A stretch of DNA of 64,000 nucleotides from Ottowia sp. (GCF_035325765.1 NZ_DAOKZG010000003.1:69998-133997), one strand, 5' to 3'; counted from the stretch's first letter, positions 19,622 to 29,776 are shown. Made by a program: numbers and translations. Notes: a model not told the origin generated them from the letters alone.

Positions 19622-22114
19622 ATGTCCCAAGCTCCCGAATCCATCGCCCGGCGTTTTGGCAGTGGCCAGGCCGTGTTGCGCCAGGAAGACGACGCCCTGC
19701 TGCAGGGGCGCGGCCGCTATGTCGACGATCTGGGGGAGGCGGGTGATGGCTGGCTGGTGCTGGTGCGTTCGCCCCATGCCCATGCGCGCATCGCCGGCAT
19801 CGATCTGGAGGCGGCGCGCGCCATGCCGGGCGTGCGCGGTGCCTGGAGCGGCGCCGACCTGGTGGCCGCGGGCGTGCCGGCACTCGATGCCGGCGCGCCC
19901 TTCAAGCGCGCCGACGGCAGCGCCTGCGCGACGCCGGCACGTCACGCGCTGGCCGTGGACGTGGTGCGCCACGTGGGCGAGGTGGTGGCCGCGGTAGTGG
20001 CGGACACGCTGCAGCAGGCGCGTGACGCCGCCGAGGCGGTATTCGTCGACTACGAGGCGTTGCCGGCCGTGCCCAGCCTGGCGGCAGCGCTGGCGGCCGA
20101 GCACTGCGTCACGCCCGAGGCTCCCGACAACATCGCCTGCGAGGCGCGCCACGGCGACGCCACGGCCACCGATGCCGCCTTCGCGCAGGCTGCGCACGTG
20201 GTGCGGCTGGACCTGACGCACCAGCGCGTCGCGGCGCTCACGCTGGAGCCGCGCGCCGCGCGGGCGCGCTGGGACGGCGCCAGCGGGCGCGTCGACATGC
20301 ATGTGTCGACCCAGATGCCGACGGCGGTGCGTCGCGCCGTCGCCGCCGCGCTCGGCCTGGAGCCCGAGGCGGTGCGGGTGCGCGTGGGCGACGTCGGCGG
20401 TGGCTTCGGCATGAAGATCTCGCCGTATCCCGAATACATCCTCACGGCCTGGGCGGCGCGCGCCACTGGCGGCGCCGTGCGCTGGAGCGGCGAGCGCGGC
20501 GAGGAGTTCCTGACCACCACCCACGGGCGCGACCTGCAGGCGCACCTGGAGCTGGCGCTGGCGGCGGATGGCCGCATCCTCGCCCTGCGCGTGCATTCCT
20601 GGGGCAACGTCGGCGCCTACGCGCTCGGCACCGGCGTCTCCATCCAGCTCCTGATCGGCCTGTGGGTGCAGACCAGCGTGTACGACGTACCGGTGGTCGA
20701 CTTCCACGCGCGCGCCGTGCTGACGCACCAGGCGCCGACCGGCGCCTACCGCGGGGCGGGCCGGCCCGAGGCGATCTTCAACATCGAACGCCTGCTGGAC
20801 GAGGCGGCGCGCCAGACCGGCATCGACCGCGTGCAGCTGCGCCGGCGCAACTTCATCCGCCCCGAGCAGATGCCCTACACCAACCCGATGGCCCAGACCT
20901 ACGATGTCGGCCGCTTCGAGCACGTGCTGGACCAGGCCCTGCCGCTGGCGGACTGGGACGGCTTTGAAGCGCGTGCCGCAGCGTCACGGGCGCGCGGCCT
21001 GTGGCGCGGGCTGGGCATCGCCACGTTTCTGGAGTGGACCGGTGGCAACGTGTTCGAGGAACGGGTCACGGTCGAGATCAAGGCCCCCACGCTCCCCGCT
21101 GCGCGTGGTTCGCCGGCCTTGCAGGCCGCGGAGCCGCCAGAGTCGGCTCCTCCTCGGACCGTCCAGGCGCGCACTGGCGAGCCTGGAGCCGGGGCCCCCA
21201 GCCCCGAGGGCGCCCTCGCGCCTCGGGGCGATCCGGAGGCGTTCGAAGCCGACGGCATCATCGAAGTGTTCTCCGCCGTCAACCAGATGGGCCAGGGCAT
21301 CGCCACCTCGCTGGCGCAACTGGTGGTCGATACCTTCCAGGTGCCGATCGAGCGCGTGCGCGTGGTGCTGGGCGACACCGATCGCGGCAACGGCTTCGGC
21401 AGCGCCGGCTCGCGCTCGCTCTTCACCGGTGGCTCGGCCATGCACGCGGGCGCCGAGCGCACGGTCGCGGAAGCGCGCCAGCTGGCGGCGCGCGAGCTGG
21501 AGGCAGCGCCCGAGGACGTGCAGTACGCCGCCGGGCGTTTCCGCGTCGCCGGGACCGACCACGCGATCGGCCTGTTCGAGCTGGCGGCCAGGCAGCCGGG
21601 CAGCCGCATCTTCGTTGACCACACGCACACCGTCGCTGGCCCGACCTGGCCCAACGGCGCCCACATCTGCGAAGTCGAGCTCGACCCGCGGACCGGTGCC
21701 ATCGCCGTGATCGCCTACGCCAGCGTCAACGACGTCGGCCGCGTGGTCAACCCGATGATCGTGCGCGGCCAGCTCGACGGCGGCGCGGTGCAGGGCATCG
21801 GCCAGGCCCTGCTCGAGCGCGTGGTGTACGACGACGCGGGCCAGTTGCTGACCGGCAGCCTGATGGACTATGCCGCGCCGCGGGCCGACGACATCGCGGC
21901 GTGCTTTCGCACCGAAATGGACGAGTCCACGCCCTGCACCAACAACGCCATGGGCGTCAAGGGCGTGGGCGAACTCGGCACCATTGGCGCCACGCCCTGC
22001 GTGGTCAACGCCGTGGCCGACGCGCTGGCGCGCGGCGGCCGTCCCGAGCTGGCGCCGCGCCTGCAGATGCCGCTCACGCCGGCGCGCCTGTGGGCGCTGC
22101 TGCATGAGGAGTGA
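19622..22114 (+). CDS. Xanthine dehydrogenase / CoxL-family molybdopterin-binding large subunit
   Basis: EDDALLQGRGRYVDDL, VGGGFGMK, AYRGAGRPE, GQG, GFGSAGSRS, GQLDGGAVQGIGQAL, KGVGELG; start ATG 19622. Confidence 0.92.
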   Translation: MSQAPESIARRFGSGQAVLRQEDDALLQGRGRYVDDLGEAGDGWLVLVRSPHAHARIAGIDLEAARAMPGVRGAWSGADLVAAGVPALDAGAPFKRADGSACATPARHALAVDVVRHVGEVVAAVVADTLQQARDAAEAVFVDYEALPAVPSLAAALAAEHCVTPEAPDNIACEARHGDATATDAAFAQAAHVVRLDLTHQRVAALTLEPRAARARWDGASGRVDMHVSTQMPTAVRRAVAAALGLEPEAVRVRVGDVGGGFGMKISPYPEYILTAWAARATGGAVRWSGERGEEFLTTTHGRDLQAHLELALAADGRILALRVHSWGNVGAYALGTGVSIQLLIGLWVQTSVYDVPVVDFHARAVLTHQAPTGAYRGAGRPEAIFNIERLLDEAARQTGIDRVQLRRRNFIRPEQMPYTNPMAQTYDVGRFEHVLDQALPLADWDGFEARAAASRARGLWRGLGIATFLEWTGGNVFEERVTVEIKAPTLPAARGSPALQAAEPPESAPPRTVQARTGEPGAGAPSPEGALAPRGDPEAFEADGIIEVFSAVNQMGQGIATSLAQLVVDTFQVPIERVRVVLGDTDRGNGFGSAGSRSLFTGGSAMHAGAERTVAEARQLAARELEAAPEDVQYAAGRFRVAGTDHAIGLFELAARQPGSRIFVDHTHTVAGPTWPNGAHICEVELDPRTGAIAVIAYASVNDVGRVVNPMIVRGQLDGGAVQGIGQALLERVVYDDAGQLLTGSLMDYAAPRADDIAACFRTEMDESTPCTNNAMGVKGVGELGTIGATPCVVNAVADALARGGRPELAPRLQMPLTPARLWALLHEE
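21083..21247. repeat. 165-bp palindrome-rich, REP-like insertion translated in frame within the Mo-enzyme
   Basis: 55 low-complexity residues between VTVEIK and ADGIIEV; four hairpins (21115-21127, 21130-21150, 21163-21186, 21201-21229). Confidence 0.65.
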
Positions 22115-22236
22115 CGAGATGATCTTGCTGCGCTTCGATGACGCGCCGGGTGGCGCGTGATGGTTGGAGATGCACGGGCCATGTGGTTTCGCTGCTCGCA
22201 TGACCACCGCAGGCAGCCCTCGGGCGCAGGTGTCTG

Positions 22237-22956
22237 ATGAACGCCGTGCCACCACGCTGCCACGCCCTCGTGCCCTGCGCCGGCAGCGGCTCGCGCGCCG
22301 GCACGCCGGGGCCAAAGCAGTACCAGTTCCTGGCTGGCCAGCCACTGGTGCGGCATACGCTGGCCGCGCTGGTCCGGGTGGCGCGCATCGAGCGCGTGCT
22401 GGTCGTGGCGGCGCCCGGTGACCTCACCCTGCGCGTGGCCGATGCGCCCTGGGACTGGGCCGATTGCGGCGGCGCCACGCGCGCCGAAAGCGTGTTCAAC
22501 GGCCTGGGGCGACTGCGCTCCGATGGCGTTCCCGATACCGACTGGGTGCTGGTGCACGATGCCGCGCGCTGCCTGGTCACGCCTGCCCTGGTCGATGCCC
22601 TGATCGACGCCTGCCTGCCCGACGCGGTGGGCGGCCTGCTCGCGCTGCCGTTGCCCGACACCCTCAAGAGCGAGGTCGGCGGGCGCGCTGCCGCCACCAT
22701 CGAGCGCGCCGGCAAATGGCTGGCGCAGACGCCGCAGATGTTTCGTCTCGGCACGCTGCACGCGGCGCTGGCGGCTCATGCGGCAAGCGGTTTTGCCGGC
22801 ATCACCGACGAGGCCAGTGCCATCGAGCGTGCCGGCCTGCGCCCACTGCTGGTGCGCGGCAGCGCGCAGAACATCAAGGTCACCTGGCCAGAGGATTTCG
22901 CGCTGGCCGAGGCGCTGCTGGCGGCGCGCGTGAAACAATCACCGGCGATGGAATGA
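22237..22956 (+). CDS. ispD: 2-C-methyl-D-erythritol 4-phosphate cytidylyltransferase
   Basis: PCAGSGSR, KQY, TRAESV, VLVHDAAR, AQTPQ, TDEASA, NIKVT. Confidence 0.95.
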   Translation: MNAVPPRCHALVPCAGSGSRAGTPGPKQYQFLAGQPLVRHTLAALVRVARIERVLVVAAPGDLTLRVADAPWDWADCGGATRAESVFNGLGRLRSDGVPDTDWVLVHDAARCLVTPALVDALIDACLPDAVGGLLALPLPDTLKSEVGGRAAATIERAGKWLAQTPQMFRLGTLHAALAAHAASGFAGITDEASAIERAGLRPLLVRGSAQNIKVTWPEDFALAEALLAARVKQSPAME

Positions 22957-23096
22957 CCGTGCTGGCACGCTGAGAGCCGGCCGCTGGCGCGGCCGGCCAT
23001 GGGCCGCGTATGGAGCCATGGCGTCATCGCCAGCGTGCCAGCGCCGCGGTCACTTCATCAATCCGTCATTTCGTCACCAACACAGGCAGACTGCTC

Positions 23097-23588
23097 ATGA
23101 ACCATCCAATGCCCTGGCGCATCGGCGAAGGCTGGGACGTGCACGCCCTGGTGCCGGGCCGCCCGCTCGTCGTTGGCGGCGTGACGCTGGCGCACGATCG
23201 CGGCGCGCTCGGCCATTCCGATGCCGACGTCCTGCTGCACGCGATCACCGATGCGCTGCTCGGCGCGGCCGGCCTGGGCGACATCGGCACGCACTTTCCC
23301 GACAGCGATCCGGCCTTCCGGGGGGTCGATTCTTCCAGTCTGCTGGCCGAGGCCATGCGACGCGTGGGCGCGGCGGGCTGGCGCGTGGGCAACGTCGACG
23401 CCACCGTCATCGCGCAGGCGCCGCGCCTGGCGCCGCACCGCGCCGCCATGGTGGCGGCCATCGCGCGCGCGCTGGGCGTCGCCGCCGGGCAGGTCAACGT
23501 CAAGGCCAAGACTGCCGAGCGCCTGGGGCCGGTGGGGCAGGGCGCGGCGATCGAGGCACGCGCCGTGGTGCTGCTGGTGCGCGGCTGA
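23097..23588 (+). CDS. ispF: 2-C-methyl-D-erythritol 2,4-cyclodiphosphate synthase
   Basis: [36 protein letters not shown]; start 23097 or 23109. Confidence 0.95.
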   Translation: MNHPMPWRIGEGWDVHALVPGRPLVVGGVTLAHDRGALGHSDADVLLHAITDALLGAAGLGDIGTHFPDSDPAFRGVDSSSLLAEAMRRVGAAGWRVGNVDATVIAQAPRLAPHRAAMVAAIARALGVAAGQVNVKAKTAERLGPVGQGAAIEARAVVLLVRG

Positions 23589-25019
23589 TCAGCCCCTGGT
23601 GAGCCGGATCACCGCCATCAGTCCGCCGCTCGGGCTGTTCACGAGTTGCAGCGTGCCGCCCATGTTCTCCACCATCTTGACGACGATCGCCAGTCCCAGG
23701 CCGGCGCCGGAGGCCGAGGTGCGCGCGCTGTCGCCGCGGTAGAACGGCCGCGTCAGATCCGCCAGCTGCTCGGCGGGCACGCCCGGGCCGTGGTCGCGCA
23801 CGCGCAGAACGACCCAGTTGTCCTGCAGCGTGGCGGCGATGCGCACGCGCGTCACGCCGTCGTTGGACTGACCGTAGCGGCGCGCGTTTTCCAGCAGGTT
23901 GGAGAGCACGCGCGACAGCTCGATCTCGTCGCCCACAACGCGGTACTCGGGCGGGATCGTGACCTGCACCTGCATGTCCTCGCGGCCGGTGAAGGGCAGC
24001 ACGCTGGCTTTCACGACCTCCGCCAGCGGCATAGTCTCCAGCGCGATGTGGTCCGGGCGCGCGTAGTCGAGGAACTTGCTGATGATGGTGTCGACCTGGC
24101 TGATGTCGGCCGCCATGTGCTCGCGCGCTTCGGCGTCGGGCACGCTCATCTCGGTTTCCAGCCGCAGCCGGGCCAGCGGCGTGCGCAGGTCGTGCGAGAT
24201 GCCGGCCAGCATCTCGGCGCGCTCCTGCTCGATCTTGGAGAGCTGCTCGGCCATGCGGTTGAAGCCGATGTTGACCTCGCGGATCTCGCTTGACAGCGCG
24301 CCCTCGTCCAGCCGGTGGCGCAGGTAGTCGCCCTCGCGCACGCGCGCTGCCGCCAGCGAGAGCTGCCTGAGCGGCTGGTTGATCAGGCGCGCCAGGATCG
24401 CCGCCCCCACCAGCGAGAGCGCGCCGATGGTGGCCAGCCAGAGCAGCCAGGTCGGCCCGCCCACCAGCGCGCCCACGCGCGAGCGATCCATCAGCAGCCA
24501 GTAGGAGTCGCCCTCGATGGAGAAGCCGACCCACAGGCCGTCTTCGCCATTGACATTGCGCGCCACCACCGTGCCCGGGCCCAGGCGCGTCTGCAGTTCG
24601 CGACTCATGCCCTGCTCCAGCTCGTTCAGGGCGAACGGCTCGAACCGGTCGCCCGGCTCGCGTGGCAGGATGCGCACCTTTTCCTGCTCGGCCAGGGTCT
24701 TGATCAGCGACACCCGGGCAATCGCGTCCGAGTGGATCAGCGCAGCACGCGAGAGGTTCACCAGGGACGCGATCTGGCGGGAATTGTCGATCACGCGGGG
24801 CTCGTATTCGAGCGTACGGAACAACTGGTACCAGCCCAGGGTGCTGCCCACCAGCAGCAGGATCAGCAGGAAGAAGGTGCGCCAGAACAGGCTGACGCTG
24901 ACGCGCGGTGGACGCGGGCCGGGCTCGAGCTCGAGCGGCGCGTTCATCGAGTCGCCCAGCTGGTCGGGGCGGGTCGGCTCGATGGCGCCCGTTTGGGATG
25001 GCGACGTGGCCGCGCTCAT
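23589..25019 (-). CDS. EnvZ-like sensor histidine kinase
   Basis: Two TMs, HAMP, H-box AGISHDLRTPL, N-box NLLENA, DHGPG, GAGLGL; start 25019 or 24947. Confidence 0.92.
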   Translation of the reverse strand: MSAATSPSQTGAIEPTRPDQLGDSMNAPLELEPGPRPPRVSVSLFWRTFFLLILLLVGSTLGWYQLFRTLEYEPRVIDNSRQIASLVNLSRAALIHSDAIARVSLIKTLAEQEKVRILPREPGDRFEPFALNELEQGMSRELQTRLGPGTVVARNVNGEDGLWVGFSIEGDSYWLLMDRSRVGALVGGPTWLLWLATIGALSLVGAAILARLINQPLRQLSLAAARVREGDYLRHRLDEGALSSEIREVNIGFNRMAEQLSKIEQERAEMLAGISHDLRTPLARLRLETEMSVPDAEAREHMAADISQVDTIISKFLDYARPDHIALETMPLAEVVKASVLPFTGREDMQVQVTIPPEYRVVGDEIELSRVLSNLLENARRYGQSNDGVTRVRIAATLQDNWVVLRVRDHGPGVPAEQLADLTRPFYRGDSARTSASGAGLGLAIVVKMVENMGGTLQLVNSPSGGLMAVIRLTRG

Positions 25020-25051
25020 CTCCGGCGGGAGAGGGGAGGGGACGGTGGGGG

Positions 25052-25783
25052 TCAGGAGCTGCCGTCCGGTACGAACACGTAGCCCACGCCCCACACGGTC
25101 TGGATGAACCTCGGGTTGGCCGGGTCCTGCTCGATCAGCTTGCGCAGGCGCGAGACCTGCACGTCCAGGCTGCGATCGAACGGCTCGAACTCGCGCCCGC
25201 GCGCCAGCTGCGCCAGCTTTTCGCGCGACAGCGGCTGGCGCGGGTGGCGCACCAGCGCCTTGAGCATGGCAAATTCGCCCGTCGTCAGGGAGATCTCCTC
25301 GCCATTCTTGTGCAGCGCGCGCGCGCCCAGGTCGAACTGGAACGGCCCGAAGGCGACGGACTCGTTTTCGGCCGACGGCGCGCCCGGGGCCTCCTGGGGC
25401 GGGCGACGGCGCAGCACGGCATGGATGCGCGCCAGCAGTTCGCGCGGGTTGAACGGCTTGCCCAGGTAGTCGTCGGCGCCCACTTCCAGGCCGACGATGC
25501 GGTCCACGTCCTCGCCCTTGGCCGTGAGCATGATGATGGGCGTCTTGTCGCCTGCCGCGCGCAGCCGCCGGCACACCGACAGGCCGTCTTCGCCGGGCAT
25601 CATCAGATCCAGCACGATCAGGTCGATGGTGTCACGCAGCATGATGCGCGACAAGGCCTTGGCGTCCTCGGCCACGATGACTTCAAAGCCTTCCTGGGCC
25701 AGGTAGCGGCGCAGCAGGTCGCGGATGCGTGCGTCGTCATCGACGACGACGATCTTGTCGGTGCGGTGGGTGGTCTGGTTCAT
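25052..25783 (-). CDS. ompR: OmpR-family response regulator
   Basis: VVDDD, LDLMMPGEDG, GADDYLGKPF, wHTH DRSLDVQVSRLR...QTVWGVGY; start ATG 25783. Confidence 0.9.
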   Translation of the reverse strand: MNQTTHRTDKIVVVDDDARIRDLLRRYLAQEGFEVIVAEDAKALSRIMLRDTIDLIVLDLMMPGEDGLSVCRRLRAAGDKTPIIMLTAKGEDVDRIVGLEVGADDYLGKPFNPRELLARIHAVLRRRPPQEAPGAPSAENESVAFGPFQFDLGARALHKNGEEISLTTGEFAMLKALVRHPRQPLSREKLAQLARGREFEPFDRSLDVQVSRLRKLIEQDPANPRFIQTVWGVGYVFVPDGSS

Positions 25784-25958
25784 GTGTGCTTCAGTCCGGG
25801 TCCCGAAAATGTAACAAGCCCATTGTGACCCGGATACCACGCGGGACCCGGGGTTTTCGCCTTGATTTTCAGCATGTTACATCTGTTGCCCCGACAAGCG
25901 CGGATGAAGCGGACTTCGACGCGGCGGCTGTGAGATGGTTGCAGCTGCAGGATTTGTC

Positions 25959-26291
25959 ATGAAGCGATTTGTTTTTATCCCCTTGGTCGCGGGTCTGGCG
26001 CTGCCGCTGGCCGGATGGGGGCAGGCTGTCGGTGAGTCGGCGGCGACGCCCGCGGCTGCCACGCCGCCCGGTGCGGCGCAGGTCGACGAGGCAGCGGCCC
26101 AACGCAGCGCGCTGTGGAAGATCATCGAGGCGCAGAGCCGCCCGGACGATGCACAGGTGCTGGCCCAGGATCGGCGACTCACGCCCGAGCAGCGGCTTGA
26201 ACTGCGCGAACAGGTCCGCCAGGCCTGGCATGGCCTGCATGCCGGCCAGGCCACCGCTTCGGCCGCCGATCAGGTGCCCATCCAGCCCTGA
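25959..26291 (+). CDS. Small exported helical protein with LTxxQ motif (Spy/CpxP-like?)
   Basis: Signal peptide MKRFVFIPLVAGLALPLAGWG; LTPEQR motif; divergent from ompR. Confidence 0.65.
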   Translation: MKRFVFIPLVAGLALPLAGWGQAVGESAATPAAATPPGAAQVDEAAAQRSALWKIIEAQSRPDDAQVLAQDRRLTPEQRLELREQVRQAWHGLHAGQATASAADQVPIQP

Positions 26292-26474
26292 CGGACCCAG
26301 CGGCCGCGCACGAATCCCCCGTTGCGCCCGGCCCCGAGGCAGTCATGCCGCCGATGCGGGGGGCGGCCGGCCATGGCGCCGGGCAGCCAGCCTGCCGGAA
26401 ATTCCCGTTTGTCTTAGCATCCAGGCTGCAGGTCGTGCGGTTTTCGCCGCGCCCTGCCCAGCCCGCTGAGCGCC

Positions 26475-27410
26475 ATGTCGGACCCCACGCTTTGCCACCT
26501 CGCCTGCCCCGATCCGGGGGGCGAGCACCGCATGGCCTGGTGGCAGTGGGGCGACGCGCGGGCACCGCACGCCGTGCTGTGCGTGCATGGCCTGACGCGC
26601 CAGGGGCGTGACTTCGACGTGCTGGCGCGGGCCCTGCTGGCGCGCACGCAGGCCCGGGGGCGCAGCCTGCGTGTCATCTGCCCGGACGTGGTGGGACGTG
26701 GGCGCAGCGACTGGCTGCGCGACCCTGCCGGCTACGACTACCCCCTCTACGTGGCCGACCTGCTGACCCTGCTGGGGCAACTGCACGAACAGGCGCCGCT
26801 GGCCGGCTTCGACTGGGTCGGCACCAGCATGGGCGGCATCATCGGCATGACGCTGGCCGGCATGTCCGGACTGCCGTTGCCGGCCCCGCTTGGCCGCCTG
26901 CTGCTCAACGACGTCGGGCCGCGCATCGAGTGGCCGGCCATCGCCCAGATGCGCGACTACGTCGGCCGGGCGCCGGACTTCGACACGCTGCAGGCGGGCG
27001 TCGCCTACCTGCGCACGCTGTCGCAGGGCTTCGGGCCGTGCAGCGACGCCGACTGGCTCGATTTTTCGCGGCCCATGCTCCGGCAGGGCGCGGACGGGCG
27101 CTGGCGCCTGCATTACGACCCGGCGATCGCCGCGCCGATGGCCGGGCTCACGCCTGCGGCGCTGGCGCAGGCCGAGCAGCTGCTGTGGCGCCTGTACGAC
27201 CAGATCACGGCCGAAACCCTGCTGCTGCACGGCGCCGAGTCGGACCTGCTGTCGGCTGCCACGGCACATGCCATGACCCAGCGCGGGCCGCGTGCGCGCT
27301 GCATCCAGATCCGCGGCGTCGGGCATGCACCGATGCTGCGCGACCCGGACCAGGTGCAGTGCGTGCTGGATTTCCTGTTGCCGCCGGCGGCGCGGGAGGG
27401 GCAGCCGTGA
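26475..27410 (+). CDS. Alpha/beta hydrolase
   Basis: CVHGLTR, GTSMGG nucleophile elbow, GVGHAP. Confidence 0.92.
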   Translation: MSDPTLCHLACPDPGGEHRMAWWQWGDARAPHAVLCVHGLTRQGRDFDVLARALLARTQARGRSLRVICPDVVGRGRSDWLRDPAGYDYPLYVADLLTLLGQLHEQAPLAGFDWVGTSMGGIIGMTLAGMSGLPLPAPLGRLLLNDVGPRIEWPAIAQMRDYVGRAPDFDTLQAGVAYLRTLSQGFGPCSDADWLDFSRPMLRQGADGRWRLHYDPAIAAPMAGLTPAALAQAEQLLWRLYDQITAETLLLHGAESDLLSAATAHAMTQRGPRARCIQIRGVGHAPMLRDPDQVQCVLDFLLPPAAREGQP

Positions 27411-29614
27411 TGAAGCCGGTCGAGCGCAACGCGCCCGGCGAGACCGCGCTGGCGGAAGTCGTGGTCGCGGTCAACGAGCCGCTGGCCCAGGCCGGAGTCT
27501 GCGCGCGCGCGCGGGCCTTTGCCGAGCCGCTGCTGGCAGGAGAATCCACGCACTCCGGCGAGAACCTGCTGGCGCACGCCGACGGGGTGGCGGGCATCCT
27601 GGCGGGCATCGGCGGCGACGAGACGGTGCAGGCGGCCGCCTACCTGAGCTACGCCAGCGCCCAGCTGAACCGGCCCGAGGAGGTGATCGCCAAGGCCTTC
27701 GGACCGGGTTTTGCCCGCCTGGCGATCGAGACCGCCAAGCTCGAGCGCCTGCAACGCCGTTCGCGCGACGGCCGGGCGGAGCGCGTCGACGATGCCAGCG
27801 ACGCGGCCGAGCAGACCGAGTCGGTGCGCAAGATGCTGCTGGCGTTCTCGCGCGACCTGCGCGTGATCCTGCTGCGCCTGGCCTCGCGCCTGCAGACGCT
27901 GCGCTTCTGCACGGCTACGCGCCAGCCGCCGGCGCCGAGCCTGCTGCGCGAGGCGCACGAGGTGTTCGCGCCGCTGGCCAACCGCCTGGGCATCTGGCAG
28001 ATCAAGTGGGAAATGGAAGACCTGATCTTCCGTGCCCAGGAGCCCGAGGCCTACCGCGAGATCGCACGCCTGCTGGATGCCAAGCGCTCCGAGCGCGAGG
28101 CCGCGCTGGAGCAGCGCCGGGCCGAGATCGAGCGCGCGCTGCGTGCGCAGGGCATCGAGGCCGTGGTCACCGGCCGGCCCAAGCACATCAGCTCGATCGT
28201 GCGCAAGATGCGCGGCAAGGGCCTGGCGTTCGACCAGGTGTTCGACATCCGTGCGCTGCGCGTCATCGTGCCGAGCGTCGCCGACTGCTACCTCACGCTC
28301 GACTGGGTGCACCAGCACTACGCCGCCGTGGCGGGCGAGTTCGACGACTACATCGCGCGGCCCAAGATCAACGGCTACCAGTCGCTGCACACCGTGGTGC
28401 GCGACGCGGACGGCCGCGCCTGGGAGATCCAGATCCGCACCCAGGCCATGCACGAGCACGCCGAGCACGGCGTGGCCGCGCACTGGGCCTACAAGGAGGC
28501 GGGCACCAAGGGCTATGGCGGCGTGTCGGCCAGCAGCGACTACGACGCCAAGATCGCCGTGCTGCGCCAGCTGCTGGCCTGGGAGCGCGACCTGTCGGGG
28601 GCGGCGGCGCAGGGCCTGTTCGACGACCGCATCTACGTGCTCACCCCCGAAGCGGCGGTGGTCGAGCTGCCCGCCGGCGCCACGCCGGTCGACTTCGCCT
28701 ACGCCGTGCACACCGAACTCGGCCACCGCTGTCGCGGCGCGCGCGTCGACGGCGCCATGGTGCCGCTCAACACCCCGCTGCAGAACGGCCAGACGGTGGC
28801 GATCACGGCGGCCAAGGAGGGCGGCCCCTCGCGCGACTGGCTGAACGCCGAGCTCGGCTACCTGGCCTCGCCGCGCGCGCGCGCCAAGGTGCGCGCCTGG
28901 TTCAACGCCCAGCACGCGCGCGAGACCATCGCGCGCGGCCGCGAGATGGTCGAGAAGCTGCTGCAGCGCCAGGGCCGCACCGCACTGTCGCTCGACCAGC
29001 TCGCCGCCGATCTGGGCTTCAAGTCGCACGACGCGCTGTTCGAGACCGTGGGCAAGGACGAGCTGTCGCTGCGCAGCATCGAGGCCGTGCTGCACCCGCC
29101 CGAGCCGGCGCCCGACCCCGATGCCCAACTGCTGCAGCGCAAGCTGCCGGCCGAGCGCAAGGCACGCGGCGGCGTGCTGGTGGTGGGGCAGGACTCGCTG
29201 CTCACCCAACCGGCACGTTGCTGCAAGCCGGCGCCGCCCGACGAGATTGCCGGCTACGTCACGCGCGGGCGCGGCGTCACCGTGCACCGGCGCGACTGCC
29301 CGAGCTTTCGCGACCTCGCCGCGCGCGAGCCCGAGCGCGTGATCGAGGTCGACTGGAGCACGCCGGCCTCGGGTCGCGCGCCGTCCTACCCGGTCGACGT
29401 CTCGGTCGAGGCGGTCGATCGCCAGGGCCTGCTGCGCGACATCTCCGAAGTGTTCTCGCGCGAGAAGATGAACGTGATCGGCGTGCGCACCCAGACCGTG
29501 CGCGGCTGGGCGCAGATGACCTTCGTGGTCGAGGTCGACGACACGCGGCGCCTGGCCCAGGTGCTGCGCCAGGTGCAGGAAGTGGCCGGCGTGCGCCGCG
29601 CGCGCCGGCGCTGA
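27410..29614 (+). CDS. relA: Long RSH (p)ppGpp synthetase, RelA type
   Basis: Degenerate HD domain, synthetase GRPKH...DIRALR...NGYQSLHT...EIQIRT, TGS, CC (CCKPAPPD...HRRDC) and ACT domains. Confidence 0.93.
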   Translation: MKPVERNAPGETALAEVVVAVNEPLAQAGVCARARAFAEPLLAGESTHSGENLLAHADGVAGILAGIGGDETVQAAAYLSYASAQLNRPEEVIAKAFGPGFARLAIETAKLERLQRRSRDGRAERVDDASDAAEQTESVRKMLLAFSRDLRVILLRLASRLQTLRFCTATRQPPAPSLLREAHEVFAPLANRLGIWQIKWEMEDLIFRAQEPEAYREIARLLDAKRSEREAALEQRRAEIERALRAQGIEAVVTGRPKHISSIVRKMRGKGLAFDQVFDIRALRVIVPSVADCYLTLDWVHQHYAAVAGEFDDYIARPKINGYQSLHTVVRDADGRAWEIQIRTQAMHEHAEHGVAAHWAYKEAGTKGYGGVSASSDYDAKIAVLRQLLAWERDLSGAAAQGLFDDRIYVLTPEAAVVELPAGATPVDFAYAVHTELGHRCRGARVDGAMVPLNTPLQNGQTVAITAAKEGGPSRDWLNAELGYLASPRARAKVRAWFNAQHARETIARGREMVEKLLQRQGRTALSLDQLAADLGFKSHDALFETVGKDELSLRSIEAVLHPPEPAPDPDAQLLQRKLPAERKARGGVLVVGQDSLLTQPARCCKPAPPDEIAGYVTRGRGVTVHRRDCPSFRDLAAREPERVIEVDWSTPASGRAPSYPVDVSVEAVDRQGLLRDISEVFSREKMNVIGVRTQTVRGWAQMTFVVEVDDTRRLAQVLRQVQEVAGVRRARRR

Positions 29615-29658
29615 AGCGCCTCGTTTCTGCTAAACTTGCGCGCTTCGAATCGATCTTC

Positions 29659-29735
29659 AGGCGCGTAGCTCAGCTGGTTAGAGCACCACCTTGACATGGT
29701 GGGGGTCGTTGGTTCGAGTCCAATCGCGCCTACCA
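29659..29735 (+). tRNA. tRNA-Val(GAC)
   Basis: Acceptor AGGCGCG/CGCGCCT, anticodon arm CCACC-TTGACAT-GGTGG, GGTTCGAGTCC T-arm, encoded CCA. Confidence 0.97.
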
Positions 29736-29742
29736 ATTGCGG

Positions 29743-29776
29743 CCCCAACGAGACTGACGTCTTGTTGGGGTTTCTT
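29743..29776 (+). terminator. Rho-independent terminator after tRNA-Val
   Basis: CCCCAAC...GTTGGGG stem followed by TTTCTT. Confidence 0.7.

Noticed and set aside
27410-28000. Mutated HD hydrolase motif in the RSH as a novelty
   Set aside because: A degenerate hydrolase domain is the normal state of RelA in beta/gammaproteobacteria.
29659-29735. tRNA-Val as an integration site
   Set aside because: No duplicated 3' end or integrase nearby; followed directly by its terminator and a housekeeping-type gene.
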